A program made the position numbers and the translations under genes. Shown one piece after another: positions 1 to 9,162 of a stretch of DNA of 64,000 bases (its first letter is position 1; the number at the start of each line of letters is the position of its first letter). Under the pieces are notes generated by a model. That model saw only the letters and a list, made by a program, of their open reading frames with translations. It did not search any database and had not been told where the DNA came from. The DNA is from an uncultured bacterium (GTDB lineage Bacteria; Hydrothermota; Tepidihabitantia; Tepidihabitantales; Tepidihabitantaceae), in assembly GCA_965370805.1 (NCBI GenBank), contig CBDUVZ010000001.1:7250-71249 (forward strand). Reading direction: 5' to 3'.

Positions 1-88
1 CGGTTTTGCGCAGGTTGGCGAGAACGATGACGGCGAGGACTACCACAACTCCGACGATAATCAGGATGGTCCGGGTGCGGCGTTTCAT
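1..88 (-). CDS. Efflux periplasmic adaptor (HlyD/MacA-type membrane fusion protein). Only the N-terminal 29 aa are in the window; the gene continues beyond the window start
   Basis: Reverse strand reads MKRRTRTILIIVGVVVVLAVIVLANLRKT, a basic N-terminus followed by a membrane anchor as in HlyD/EmrA adaptors. AAAGGAG RBS at 95-101. Sits directly downstream of a TolC-like gene. Confidence 0.55.
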   Translation of the reverse strand, partial: MKRRTRTILIIVGVVVVLAVIVLANLRKT

Positions 89-107
89 TCGGTCTCCTTT
101 GTTCGGA

Positions 108-1403
108 TCACGGTTTCGATTCGGCTCCCGGCTCGGTGACGCCGAGAAGGTAGTTGATCCGGGCCGCCTGGATGTAGGTGTCGCAGAGCGCACTCACGTG
201 GGTCGCCCGGGCCTGGGCCAGGTCGGCTTCGACGTTGAACAGGTCGGCCGGAGAAATCGCCCCGAGCCGGTGCTGTTCCCGGGCCAGTTCGGACAGTTCC
301 TGGTTGAGCCGGAGGTTGCGTTGAGCGTAGTCCCAGGTCTGTTTCGCTTCCTGGTATTCCAGAATGGCCGAAGTGCCCGTCGTCCTGATTGCCAGCGCGG
401 CCGAGGTCGCAGCGGCGCGGGCGCGGTGCGATTCCGTGGTCGCATCAACGATGTCGAGGACATAGGACTTCAGGTCGAGCAGGGGGAAGCTGGCCCGGAT
501 GCCGTAGGATATCGCGTCGTTCTCGCACCACCGGCCGTAGCTCGATGGAAACGCCGAGTCGGAGAAACTGGAACTCCAGTAGGCGGATACGCTCGGCAGC
601 GCCCGCCCGATTGCGGAGGCGACGCCCATGCGGGCGGCGGTTTGGGTCTTCGCGGCCAGGGCGATACCCGGATTGCGGCGCCGGATTTCGGCCAGCAGGC
701 TGTCCGGGTCCGAAATCGGGAATCCCGAAGGCTCGGTCAGTTTCTCGGTCGGTCGGACCAGGACGTTATCGCCGAGATTGACGGTCGCCTTGAACGCTTC
801 GGCCGCGACCGCCAGGGATTTCTCGGCCCGCAGCAGTTCGATTTCGGCCTGGGACCGGAACACCTCGGAGCGCATGAAGTCAATCCTCGATGCTGCGCCG
901 AGCAGGTGCTTTTCCTCGATGACCCGCAGGTTCTCCTCGGCGCGGCGCAGCGAAGCGCGGGCCGCGTCAAGCAGCAGTCGGGTCTTGAGCAGGTTCAGGT
1001 AGTCGGTTGTGACGTCGTAGATGAGCCGGGCCTGTTTCTTCCGGGCTTCGGTCGCGTAGTAGCCGGAGTAGACCACCGAACTGGCCAGGCCGACGAATAC
1101 GGCCGGGTCGAAGACGACCTGGTTGACAGTCAGGTTCCCGGTCCAGGACCAGTCCGAACCGGTCTGAAGCGACTCGGGCAGGAGACCGGAGCCGCCGTCG
1201 GATTTGGCATACCCGACTGACGCGCTGACACCCGGCAGCAGGTTTGTGATGCCGCGGGCAAGCCGGGACGCGCCCTGGGCCTGGGAAACTGAGATCTCGG
1301 TGCGGACCGGGCTCTGCTTCAGCGCGACGCGGAGTGCGTCGGCCAGGGACATCTCAATCGTGTCGGGCACCGCAACAGTTATCGCCAGCAGCAATGCGAG
1401 CAT
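108..1403 (-). CDS. TolC-family outer membrane efflux protein
   Basis: 431-aa ORF with a signal peptide and two long coiled/alpha-barrel repeat halves typical of the OEP/TolC family. Followed by an adaptor gene. Confidence 0.75.
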   Translation of the reverse strand: MLALLLAITVAVPDTIEMSLADALRVALKQSPVRTEISVSQAQGASRLARGITNLLPGVSASVGYAKSDGGSGLLPESLQTGSDWSWTGNLTVNQVVFDPAVFVGLASSVVYSGYYATEARKKQARLIYDVTTDYLNLLKTRLLLDAARASLRRAEENLRVIEEKHLLGAASRIDFMRSEVFRSQAEIELLRAEKSLAVAAEAFKATVNLGDNVLVRPTEKLTEPSGFPISDPDSLLAEIRRRNPGIALAAKTQTAARMGVASAIGRALPSVSAYWSSSFSDSAFPSSYGRWCENDAISYGIRASFPLLDLKSYVLDIVDATTESHRARAAATSAALAIRTTGTSAILEYQEAKQTWDYAQRNLRLNQELSELAREQHRLGAISPADLFNVEADLAQARATHVSALCDTYIQAARINYLLGVTEPGAESKP

Positions 1404-1407
1404 GGGC

Positions 1408-2088
1408 TTACCGTCCTCCTCCCAGCATGGCGAGCAGACCCAGGACTACCGTTATCAGAGCCCAGACTCCGAACACGAGCCAGTACGACTTCGACCCCCT
1501 GGTGTCGAAGACCAGTTTGATTCCGAGCCCGAACAGGATGAACTGCCAGATTGTGAACGGGTCGATGCGGGCGAGCAGTGCGGCCAGGAATCCGCCTTCG
1601 ATGCCCGGGAACGCCGCGAGCAGGCTGGTGCTCACTTCGGCGGACTGCTTCAGCAGGATGAGAACCGCACGGACGACCGCACCGGGCAGGGCAATCAGGC
1701 TGCCGTGGGCCACGACCGCGAGCATGCGGCGGAAGTTGCCGCTGCCCCCGAGCAACGGCAGACCGAGGTTGAATACCAGGGTGATGAAGAGGATGCCGAT
1801 TACCTGCATCAGCAGTGATCCGACGAGCGGCAGCCCGAATCTCATCGCCGGGCTTCCGTAGAATTTCTCCATGCCTTCCGTGGCCTGTTCGATCTGCTCT
1901 TCGCTCATGCCGCGCTTTTCCATCTGTTCGATTGCCGTTTCGCGCTGCGCGTCCCAGTCAACGTACTGGGTGGCGAGCACGGTCACCGCCAGGTTGGCGA
2001 CGATTGCGATGACGAGCGGCACGAGCCAGACCGGCTTTTCCTTCAGCCGCTGCAGAACGGCGGTCGGCGAAGTGTAGATACCAAACAT
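1408..2088 (-). CDS. Yip1-family membrane protein
   Basis: Internal ATG at 2086-2088 preceded by an AAGGAG RBS at 2095-2100. N-terminus MFGIYTSPTAVLQRLKEKPVWL, then 5 TM helices with the Yip1/DUF1282 pattern. The upstream 40 codons of the tracked ORF read as non-coding CGAATG repeats. Confidence 0.6.
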   Translation of the reverse strand: MFGIYTSPTAVLQRLKEKPVWLVPLVIAIVANLAVTVLATQYVDWDAQRETAIEQMEKRGMSEEQIEQATEGMEKFYGSPAMRFGLPLVGSLLMQVIGILFITLVFNLGLPLLGGSGNFRRMLAVVAHGSLIALPGAVVRAVLILLKQSAEVSTSLLAAFPGIEGGFLAALLARIDPFTIWQFILFGLGIKLVFDTRGSKSYWLVFGVWALITVVLGLLAMLGGGR

Positions 2089-2099
2089 CGATACTCCTT

Positions 2100-2335
2100 C
2101 CGCTAATTCAGAAGTGCGAATGTGGAATGACGAATCGCAGCGGAAACCACTAAGGAAATGTCGAATGGCGAATGACGATTTCCGAATTCGGCACTCGAAA
2201 CTCGGCATTCGGCATTCAGAAGGACATGATGAACGCCGACAGAACAGAGTGTCTTTCGATTTCCGTTCTGCGACGCAGGAGCAGGTGCCATTGGATGGCT
2301 CAACTCGCAGTTCGCCATTCGCACTTCGGCATTTC
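2100..2335. repeat. Intergenic repeat element built from multiple CGAATG/CATTCG units. The units form inverted-repeat arms (e.g. gtgcgaatg... ...cattcgcac) and there is a gaatggcgaatg/cattcggcattc dyad
   Basis: Direct reading. The same hexamer units also occur in the T9SS-CTD-coding ends at about 40440-40480, 42870-42960 and 45000-45050. Confidence 0.6.
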
Positions 2336-2338
2336 CTC

Positions 2339-3805
2339 TCATCTGGTCAGCCGGCCGGTGTGCTGGGCGTCGTGCCGGTACTGGGGCCAGGGCGTATCGG
2401 CCGGCGGGGCATCGCCTTTGAACGCGAAGAGCCCGCCGTCCCACGAGCCGACGTACACCGTGCCGTCCGGCGCGATTACCGGGGCCGAGGCGAAATAGAG
2501 GTCCTTGTCATCGGCTGCGATTTCGTAGCGCCAGAGCAGCCGCCCGCGCGAACTGAGGGCGTAGAAGTAGCCGTCGTCCGGCAGGAAGTAGAGCGTGCCG
2601 TTGGCTGCGAGGGCCGGCGGCGCGACAATGATGTCTTCAGTTTCGTAGATATGCACTATCGTGCCGCGCGGCGGCTTGCGGCAGAGATAGTCACTGTCGG
2701 TGCCGAGATAGAGCGTATCGGCCGGCCCGATGATGACCTCGGGGTGGATTTCATCCTCTTCCGGAACCGGCGCCCGCCAGCGGAGCCGGCCGTCCGGTCC
2801 GATGGCATAGAGAAAGCCGTCGGTATTCGGGGCATAGACCGTTCCGGCCGCGTCGGGAACCGCAGGCGCGAAGAAAGAGAAGTAGGGGTCTTCTTCGCCG
2901 GCACCGAATGCCCAGCGGAGTCGCCGGCGTGAATCAAGACAGTAAACCGAGTCCGACGTGATGTAAATGAGCCCGTCGTGCCCGATTGACGGGGAGGAGG
3001 CGATTTCCGCCCCGGTTTCAAATGACCAGCGCAGCTTGCCGTCCGGCGTCACGGCGAGCAGCGCGCCGGTGTCAGAGCCGACGTAGATTGTGCCGTCACT
3101 GCCGATTGCGGGCGCGGTGTAGAATTCGTCCCCGAGGAGCAGTTTCCATTGCAGTTCGCCTTCCGTGTCGAAGCAGTAGAGATGGCTGTCGAGCGCAGGC
3201 ACGTAGACCAAGTCACTGGTTCCGGTCGGCCGCGGGGCGAACCAACTGAGGGGGTTGCAGCCCTTCCGTGCGGAAAGCGCCGGGTTGCGGGCAATCGCGG
3301 CTGATGCCACGATCGAGCCGCCGGTCTCAAAAGACCAGCGGAGCTGTCCCTGCGGGTCAATCGAATAGAACCAGCCTTCTTCGTCGCCGACGTAGATATT
3401 ACCGTCGTGGTCGAGAGTCGGGGAGGCGTAGATCGGGTCAAATGTCGGGAACGCCCACTTGAGGGGCGGGTCGGTGACGGTCACGAACAGCGGTTTGCTC
3501 CATTCCGAGATACGACCGAGGGAGTCTCTGGCCCGGACCTGAATCCCGAACCGGCCCAGCCGGCGATACTGGTGATACCGGTAGGTATCGACCCTGCTGC
3601 GCAGCGGCTTCGTCCAGTCAAGAGTAGTGCCGTCTCCCCACGCTATCCGGTAGGAAACAGGCAGCAGCACGCCGGGCGGGGGGAAGATGCCCAGTTCGGT
3701 CTCGGTGAGCGTGTCGGCGCGCATCGGCGCAACGAGAGAATCGGGCGGGACCAGCGGTCCTGCGCCCAGAATAGTCAGCAGGCAGAGCGTGGTGATTGAT
3801 ACCAT
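2339..3805 (-). CDS. PQQ-like (BamB-type) beta-propeller repeat protein with an N-terminal PKD-like domain, secreted
   Basis: Signal peptide. Repeated motifs of the form DG-IYVGSxDGxLYA-LDxxGxLRW-FxTGG (PQQ_2/PQQ_3-like). Confidence 0.7.
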   Translation of the reverse strand: MVSITTLCLLTILGAGPLVPPDSLVAPMRADTLTETELGIFPPPGVLLPVSYRIAWGDGTTLDWTKPLRSRVDTYRYHQYRRLGRFGIQVRARDSLGRISEWSKPLFVTVTDPPLKWAFPTFDPIYASPTLDHDGNIYVGDEEGWFYSIDPQGQLRWSFETGGSIVASAAIARNPALSARKGCNPLSWFAPRPTGTSDLVYVPALDSHLYCFDTEGELQWKLLLGDEFYTAPAIGSDGTIYVGSDTGALLAVTPDGKLRWSFETGAEIASSPSIGHDGLIYITSDSVYCLDSRRRLRWAFGAGEEDPYFSFFAPAVPDAAGTVYAPNTDGFLYAIGPDGRLRWRAPVPEEDEIHPEVIIGPADTLYLGTDSDYLCRKPPRGTIVHIYETEDIIVAPPALAANGTLYFLPDDGYFYALSSRGRLLWRYEIAADDKDLYFASAPVIAPDGTVYVGSWDGGLFAFKGDAPPADTPWPQYRHDAQHTGRLTR

Positions 3806-3996
3806 TCCAGCGGCCTCCGTTTGATTACTTTACTTACCTACACGGCCAAGCGACCCGTTATCCAAACGAACCATATAGTCTTAGACGAGAAGTTGTTGTC
3901 AAGGGTTGCAGACAAATCCGGGGAAGCCCCGGTGATGTCAGGTTCGCTTCTCTGGTCCGGATTGACTTGCGCAGACTGTCCCGGTTCAGGTGGTCA

Positions 3997-4215
3997 TCAC
4001 TGGATGATGACCTTGCGGCTTGGACCCTCGGACCCTTGATTCCTTGATCCTTTTCCTCTCACGAAGTAGACGCCCGGACTCAAATGTCGGACGTCATTCT
4101 CGCCCGGGTGCAGGTCCGTGACCTTCCGACCCCGGTTCAAGTCGGCATCGCCCCGCAGTCCTTTCAGGTAGTAGTTAGGTGAACAGGCTGTGATGCTTCT
4201 CGGAATACCACGACG
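3997..4215 (-). pseudogene. Chimeric gene remnant joining a caspase-paralog C-terminal fragment (SWYSEKHHSLFT, then YYLKGLRGDAD after a frameshift) to a T9SS-type C-terminal sorting domain (DLHPGENDVRHLSPGVYFVRGKGSRNQGSEGPSRKVIIQ*)
   Basis: Reverse-strand translation. About 40 nt identity between 4167-4205 and 7080-7120 inside the caspase gene at 6908..9157. The CTD tail nearly matches those of the genes ending at 42713 and 44855. There is no start codon and the frame is broken. Confidence 0.6.
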
Positions 4216-4274
4216 GACACCCGGGCCGAATCGCCGGATACGCAGACATCCATACCGTCACAGCGACCAGCGGT

Positions 4275-4451
4275 TCACTCCCCGTCTCCGCCCTTCAGTT
4301 CCTCCTCTGCCTGCTTGGATTGCTTGTGTTCCAGCAGGACCTTGTCAACCCGACGGATCTGGTCTTCAGGGTTTTCCTTCACTACTTCCTTCTTCGCGCA
4401 CGAAGCTGCCAGGAGGAGTATCGTCGCGGTCACGACTACAAATATACGCAT
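4275..4451 (-). CDS. Small lipoprotein (58 aa) MRIFVVVTATILLLAASCAKKEVVKENPEDQIRRVDKVLLEHKQSKQAEEELKGGDGE
   Basis: ATG at 4449-4451 with an AAAGGAG RBS 7 nt upstream (reverse strand). Lipobox LAASC. Falls below the ORF-track size cutoff. Lies just downstream of the caspase genes in the same orientation. Confidence 0.5.
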   Translation of the reverse strand: MRIFVVVTATILLLAASCAKKEVVKENPEDQIRRVDKVLLEHKQSKQAEEELKGGDGE

Positions 4452-4524
4452 CGTATTGCTCCTTTCAGTTCGCTGGGCAACTCGGTTCCCCGCAATGTGT
4501 GGGATTCCGGGGATGCTGCAAGGA

Positions 4525-6888
4525 TCACTGCGCCACCTTCGCGATTCTTATGTCTGCTTTGACACCAACAGGCTGAGGGAAGAACTGTGGAGTCTGAGTG
4601 TAACCCAGGCGGCGGGATTCGTCCTTCACCTTCGGGGTCACGTAGTCATGGAGTTCCTCAAGCGTCACCCAGCCGTCATTGTCGTTGTCCGCCGCGCCGC
4701 GCAGGCCCTTCAGGAGATAGTACGTAAACAGCCCGTGGCGTTTGGATTCGAAGTCCTGACTGATTTCGCTGCCGGCTGAGGCGGTCAATACGGCAATCTT
4801 CTCCAATTCCCGCGTTTCTTCCTCGATTCGTACCGGCACCAATGGCCGCACGCCTCTGGCAACAATGGATCGTCCGCCTGCGCCCGAGAAACAGGCATCC
4901 ATGACCACGACCACATCCTCAGCGGGTAGCTTCTGTAGCGACGAGTACAGCCGTTTCAATGGGTACAATTTGGAAATGAACCCCGGCTCGCCGTCGTACG
5001 GAACCAGATAGGCATCACCCTTCTCAGGATTCGGCGTGCCGTGCCCGGCGAAATAGACGAAGACGAATGACCCTTCGCGCACATTCCGCTGCAACCATTC
5101 CTCGAGATAGGCGGACAAGTCGCTCAGGGTAGCCCTGTCATCAGTCAAGACAATGATATTCCCTTCGGGGATGCCGGAAACACTCACCAGGTATTCTTTC
5201 ATCGACTCGGCATCTCGCTTGGCGTAGTTCACTGTTGGAATCTGGTCAGACCGATACTGCGAGATACCGATGACGACCGCGTAGGCATCGTCCCTTATGT
5301 ACGATGCCGGCCCCAGCGGCTGATCGACATCGACCAGTCCGGAAACGAACTCAACTTCCCGTTCTATCCTCGCCGGCTGCATGGCGACCTGCAGTTCCTT
5401 TTCCTCCAAGGCCCCAAAGCCCTGAGCCTCCGTTACCCTAATGATGATGCTGCCCTCGTCCGGTTCAACCTGGTAAGGCAAGACCGCTTCGAAGACCACC
5501 TCTCTTTCCCGTCCGGCAGGAATAGCACCAACGACTTTCTCTCTGCCCAGATAGCCCAGCGCCTTACTGGTTCCGGAAAGCAACACCCTGACTCCCTTGG
5601 CGTCACACCCGCCCCTGTTCGTGACTGTCAGCTTGATGCTTACCCTCTCCCCACCATCCAAGACCCTGTTGTTGTTCTGGTCGCTGAACAAACAAGTAAA
5701 GGAAAGTCTTGGAGGTATTCCCGGTATCGATGGCTCCGCAGATATTCCCTCATCCACGATTTCCTTTTCCTTCACAGAAGCATCATGACCAATTGCTGTC
5801 GCAGTGTCTCTTGCCGTTCCCCGGACATAGAAACTCGCTGGGTTTACCAGCTTCACTGTGAAATTGAACCCCGGTTTCAGTTCTTTTGCCTTCTGGAAAC
5901 TGGCCTCTGCCAGATCATAGCTATCAAGGCTCAGATATGCCTCTCCGCACCGAAAAAAGGCTTCCGCAGCTTGCTCCGTCTCGCCTCCAGCAAGGCATTT
6001 CGCCGAGGCCCCGGAGAACTCAACTACCGCGGAATCAGGTCGGCCCAGATGGAAGTATGCATATCCCTTGTTCATGTCAGAGCTGGCTTCAGTAGGATAG
6101 TACTGCTGCACTGCCGAATAGGCCTTGACCGCCCATCCGTATAGTCCCTTTGAGTAGAACCACTCGGCCAGCAGACGAACGTCTGCTGTATCTTCTGAAA
6201 CAAGCTGTAGGACCCGGGCGAAATCGGCAGATGCCAGATAGTCCTTGCCCGCCTGGTGGTATACGTAGCCGCGACGCACAAAAGGCAGCCACAGAGTAGA
6301 GTCCTTTTCAATCGCTTGCGATAGGGCAACAGCAGCGAATGTTGTCTCAGCCTTCTGCAGGCAACTGTCAGCCAGGTTCAGGAGTTCGTCCGGTTTCATT
6401 TTCTCCAAGTCCCGGACTCTCACGAAATCTCTTGCAGCTTCGTCTTCCTTGCCCAATGCGAGGTATATCTCAATCCTTTCCTGGTACACCTTTTTCGCTA
6501 TTCCGGGCGACAATCCTGCAGCTCTAGCATAATCTGCCAGCGCTGAGTCAGGTTTGCCCAACTGATTGTAAGCATTCGCCCGATAGTAGTACGGTAACGC
6601 CATGTACGGCATGACCTGCAAGACAGCGGTGAAATCCTCTACCGCTTCCTCGTAAGTGCCCTGCTGGAAATAGGCCAATCCTCTCAGATAGCAATACTGG
6701 GGATTGTCTTTCGACTGCAGTGCGTGGTTCGCCAACTGAATTGCTTCCTGGTAGCGACCTTCGTAGTACGCAGCCTTGGCCTCTTCCAACTCCGCATCAT
6801 AGGGGCCTGCATGTGTCTGGGTAGAGACGGCCAGAACAAAGGCAAGGCACAAGACTATGGAGAAGGGAAATGAAAGCCTGGTGCTCAT
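4525..6888 (-). CDS. Caspase-family (peptidase C14) protein: signal peptide, N-terminal TPR repeats, a central CARDB/Ig-like domain and a C-terminal caspase domain
   Basis: TPR-like repeats in residues 30-330. CARDB-like segment SIKLTVTNRGGCDAKGVRVLL. Caspase catalytic dyad motifs FVFVYFAGHG and VVVVMDACFSG, then HGLFTYYLLKGLRG. Confidence 0.8.
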   Translation of the reverse strand: MSTRLSFPFSIVLCLAFVLAVSTQTHAGPYDAELEEAKAAYYEGRYQEAIQLANHALQSKDNPQYCYLRGLAYFQQGTYEEAVEDFTAVLQVMPYMALPYYYRANAYNQLGKPDSALADYARAAGLSPGIAKKVYQERIEIYLALGKEDEAARDFVRVRDLEKMKPDELLNLADSCLQKAETTFAAVALSQAIEKDSTLWLPFVRRGYVYHQAGKDYLASADFARVLQLVSEDTADVRLLAEWFYSKGLYGWAVKAYSAVQQYYPTEASSDMNKGYAYFHLGRPDSAVVEFSGASAKCLAGGETEQAAEAFFRCGEAYLSLDSYDLAEASFQKAKELKPGFNFTVKLVNPASFYVRGTARDTATAIGHDASVKEKEIVDEGISAEPSIPGIPPRLSFTCLFSDQNNNRVLDGGERVSIKLTVTNRGGCDAKGVRVLLSGTSKALGYLGREKVVGAIPAGREREVVFEAVLPYQVEPDEGSIIIRVTEAQGFGALEEKELQVAMQPARIEREVEFVSGLVDVDQPLGPASYIRDDAYAVVIGISQYRSDQIPTVNYAKRDAESMKEYLVSVSGIPEGNIIVLTDDRATLSDLSAYLEEWLQRNVREGSFVFVYFAGHGTPNPEKGDAYLVPYDGEPGFISKLYPLKRLYSSLQKLPAEDVVVVMDACFSGAGGRSIVARGVRPLVPVRIEEETRELEKIAVLTASAGSEISQDFESKRHGLFTYYLLKGLRGAADNDNDGWVTLEELHDYVTPKVKDESRRLGYTQTPQFFPQPVGVKADIRIAKVAQ

Positions 6889-6907
6889 GAATCCTCCCGG
6901 AAGCCAA

Positions 6908-9157
6908 TCACTTCAGCCTCACTATCACCTTCGACTCGTCGCCGGAGAAGGTTGGAGTCTGGGTGCGGCCGCGGAGGCGGCGGGCGCGGTAGGGTACGTT
7001 TTCGGTCACGTAGTCCCTGAGTTCACCAAGCGTGACCTCCCGGTCCTTATTCGCGTCGGCCTCGCCCCGTAGTCCTTTCAGGTAGTAGTACGTGAACAGG
7101 CTGTGATGCTTCTCGGAATACCACGATGACACCTGGGCCGAGTCGCAGGACGTGAAGACATCCAGCCCGCTGCCCGGAGCATCCGTCACCCCGGTCACCG
7201 GCAGGGGACTCGCCTCGCCAATCAGCATGCCCGCGTCGTACCCCCCGGAGAAACAGGCGTCAATCACAACCGTCACACTCCGGGCCGGGAGTTTCGCGAG
7301 GTTGGCGTAGAACGTCTCCAGTGAGTAGCCGTTCAGCTTCACATAGTCGGGATGGCAGTCACTGGGCACGAAGTAGCCCTTCCTCGAGCCGAGGTCCGGC
7401 GCGCCGTGCCCGGAGTAGTAGACGAACACATCGCTCTTGCCGGGCTTCACGTAGTCAAACAACATACCTTCGTGCACGGTCGCGGAGCCGAAGGCGCGCT
7501 CCAAATCGCTCTTCCTGGCGTTGCTGTAGAAGATGATGTTCTCGTCCCTGCAGCCCAGCGTTCTCTTGAAGTACTCCTTCATGACCCTGCCGTCGTTGTC
7601 CGCGTACTCGACCGCGGGGACCGAAGGGCTCTCGTAATTCTGGTTGGCGATGATGACGGCCACCGCGTCAGGATTAGTCATCCCGGTTTCGGGTATGTCC
7701 GTGTCGACGTCGACGGCGAAGGTCGGCGGCGGGACGTAGACACCCGTGTCTGTCCTGACAACCGGCTTGATGACGACTTCCCCGGGCCTCTTCACCGGCC
7801 GGTTCAATGGGAACACGACCGTCGTGTCCGTGCTGAATTCCCGCCTTCTCTCACGCAGGAAGATGGTCAATGGTAGCACGGTATCCTGGAAACGGGCGCC
7901 GACGAAGACCGTGAACTTCGCCGTCTGCCACGCGCCGGGTTCCATGCTGCCGAAGTTGAACACCGGCTCCGCGTCCAGGTAGGTTACACCAACTGGGACC
8001 TTGACCTCGCACTTGACCCGCTCGGCCCGGCCCGGACCCTGGTTCAGGACAACAAGAGTGATGTTCGCGGACTTGCCGGCCACAACTTCACCTTCTTCCA
8101 CCGCTTTCTCGTGCAGGACGACGTTCGGCGCCGCGAACCTGCGGGTCTGGAACTTCACTACCCTGGGTTCCGCGTCCGCCTGGAAGTACTGCTCCTGCAC
8201 CTCGACCCGCAACTCGACGGTCCCGGTTTGCATTTTCCGGGTTGCGCTCACCGGGATAACCACACGCTTGCTCTCCATCAGGCCGACCTTGTCAATCATA
8301 TGGGTGGTTGTAAGCACCAGTCCGGGGACCGGCTGTGAGAGAATGAGCCTCACATCCAGGTCATGGGCAACGCCCCGGCCGGTGTTCCTGACAACCAGGA
8401 CAATCCGGCCCGACTCGTCACCGTCAAGCACAAGGTCCCGGTCTCCGGTCGAATCGTCAAAAGAGACGCTGAACGAAAGCGCCGGAGGATACTTGCGCTC
8501 GCTAGCTCGCCTCAGCTTCGTCGCAATCGGTCGCAAGTCCACCGAGAACTGCCTGAGGTACTCACCGGTCGGTGAAGCAATACTGAAGTAATCTCGGTCC
8601 GGCACCCGGTCCTTGTAGAACGGGGCAAACTCCAGCATGTTGATATGCAGCTTGCCGCTCTGGTCCGCGGTGACGCTTGTCGCGTATTCAGTTCCTTTCA
8701 GCGAGACCTTGAACGGTCTGGCCGGAACAAACTGCTTCGCGGCAACAGTCTCCTTCTCACGTTCGACCAGCTTAGGCTTCTGGAGCAGGTTGCCGACCAG
8801 CATCCCCAGCCCCCCGCCCAGGCCGACAATCCCCGCGTCCCGGCCGAGAACGGCTCGTCCCTGCGAGTTCAGCAGGGCATAGCCCCCGACTCCCAGGGCC
8901 GCGGACAAGATGGGTAGCGCCCACGACAGTTGCTTCCTCACTTGGGCCTCTTCCCGGAATCTCCTGGTTTCCTGTCCCCGGGCATCACAATTCAGCACAA
9001 GATATGGTGACTCCGAAGTCGGGAGAGAAGCCACGGTGAGATGGTAGCTGACATCGTCCATCTCGCTCGAAATCGGCACGGTCCTCCCGGTCGGAACATA
9101 CTTTGTTGTGCAGCCGAGCAGAAAAGCCAACAACAGCAATGCACATCGCCTCATCAA
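6908..9157 (-). CDS. Caspase-family (peptidase C14) lipoprotein with two CARDB/Ig-like domains and a C-terminal caspase domain
   Basis: Lipobox LLGC. Repeated Ig-like segments (GRIVLVVRNTGRG, ANITLVVLNQGPG). Catalytic motifs VFVYYSGHG and TVVIDACFSGG, then HSLFTYYYLKGLRG. A 19-bp gap separates it from the downstream caspase paralog. Confidence 0.8.
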   Translation of the reverse strand: MMRRCALLLLAFLLGCTTKYVPTGRTVPISSEMDDVSYHLTVASLPTSESPYLVLNCDARGQETRRFREEAQVRKQLSWALPILSAALGVGGYALLNSQGRAVLGRDAGIVGLGGGLGMLVGNLLQKPKLVEREKETVAAKQFVPARPFKVSLKGTEYATSVTADQSGKLHINMLEFAPFYKDRVPDRDYFSIASPTGEYLRQFSVDLRPIATKLRRASERKYPPALSFSVSFDDSTGDRDLVLDGDESGRIVLVVRNTGRGVAHDLDVRLILSQPVPGLVLTTTHMIDKVGLMESKRVVIPVSATRKMQTGTVELRVEVQEQYFQADAEPRVVKFQTRRFAAPNVVLHEKAVEEGEVVAGKSANITLVVLNQGPGRAERVKCEVKVPVGVTYLDAEPVFNFGSMEPGAWQTAKFTVFVGARFQDTVLPLTIFLRERRREFSTDTTVVFPLNRPVKRPGEVVIKPVVRTDTGVYVPPPTFAVDVDTDIPETGMTNPDAVAVIIANQNYESPSVPAVEYADNDGRVMKEYFKRTLGCRDENIIFYSNARKSDLERAFGSATVHEGMLFDYVKPGKSDVFVYYSGHGAPDLGSRKGYFVPSDCHPDYVKLNGYSLETFYANLAKLPARSVTVVIDACFSGGYDAGMLIGEASPLPVTGVTDAPGSGLDVFTSCDSAQVSSWYSEKHHSLFTYYYLKGLRGEADANKDREVTLGELRDYVTENVPYRARRLRGRTQTPTFSGDESKVIVRLK

Positions 9158-9162
9158 CCCTC

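Noticed and set aside
6-1220. 404-aa plus-strand ORF, together with the many other plus-strand ORFs overlapping the TolC gene
   Set aside because: Antisense to a well-supported TolC-family gene. Arg/Pro/Gly-rich low-complexity translation typical of spurious ORFs in high-GC DNA.
2114-2932. 272-aa plus-strand ORF overlapping the PQQ-propeller gene and the CGAATG-repeat spacer
   Set aside because: Antisense to a convincing repeat-protein gene. The 5' part lies in the repeat spacer. No domain signal.
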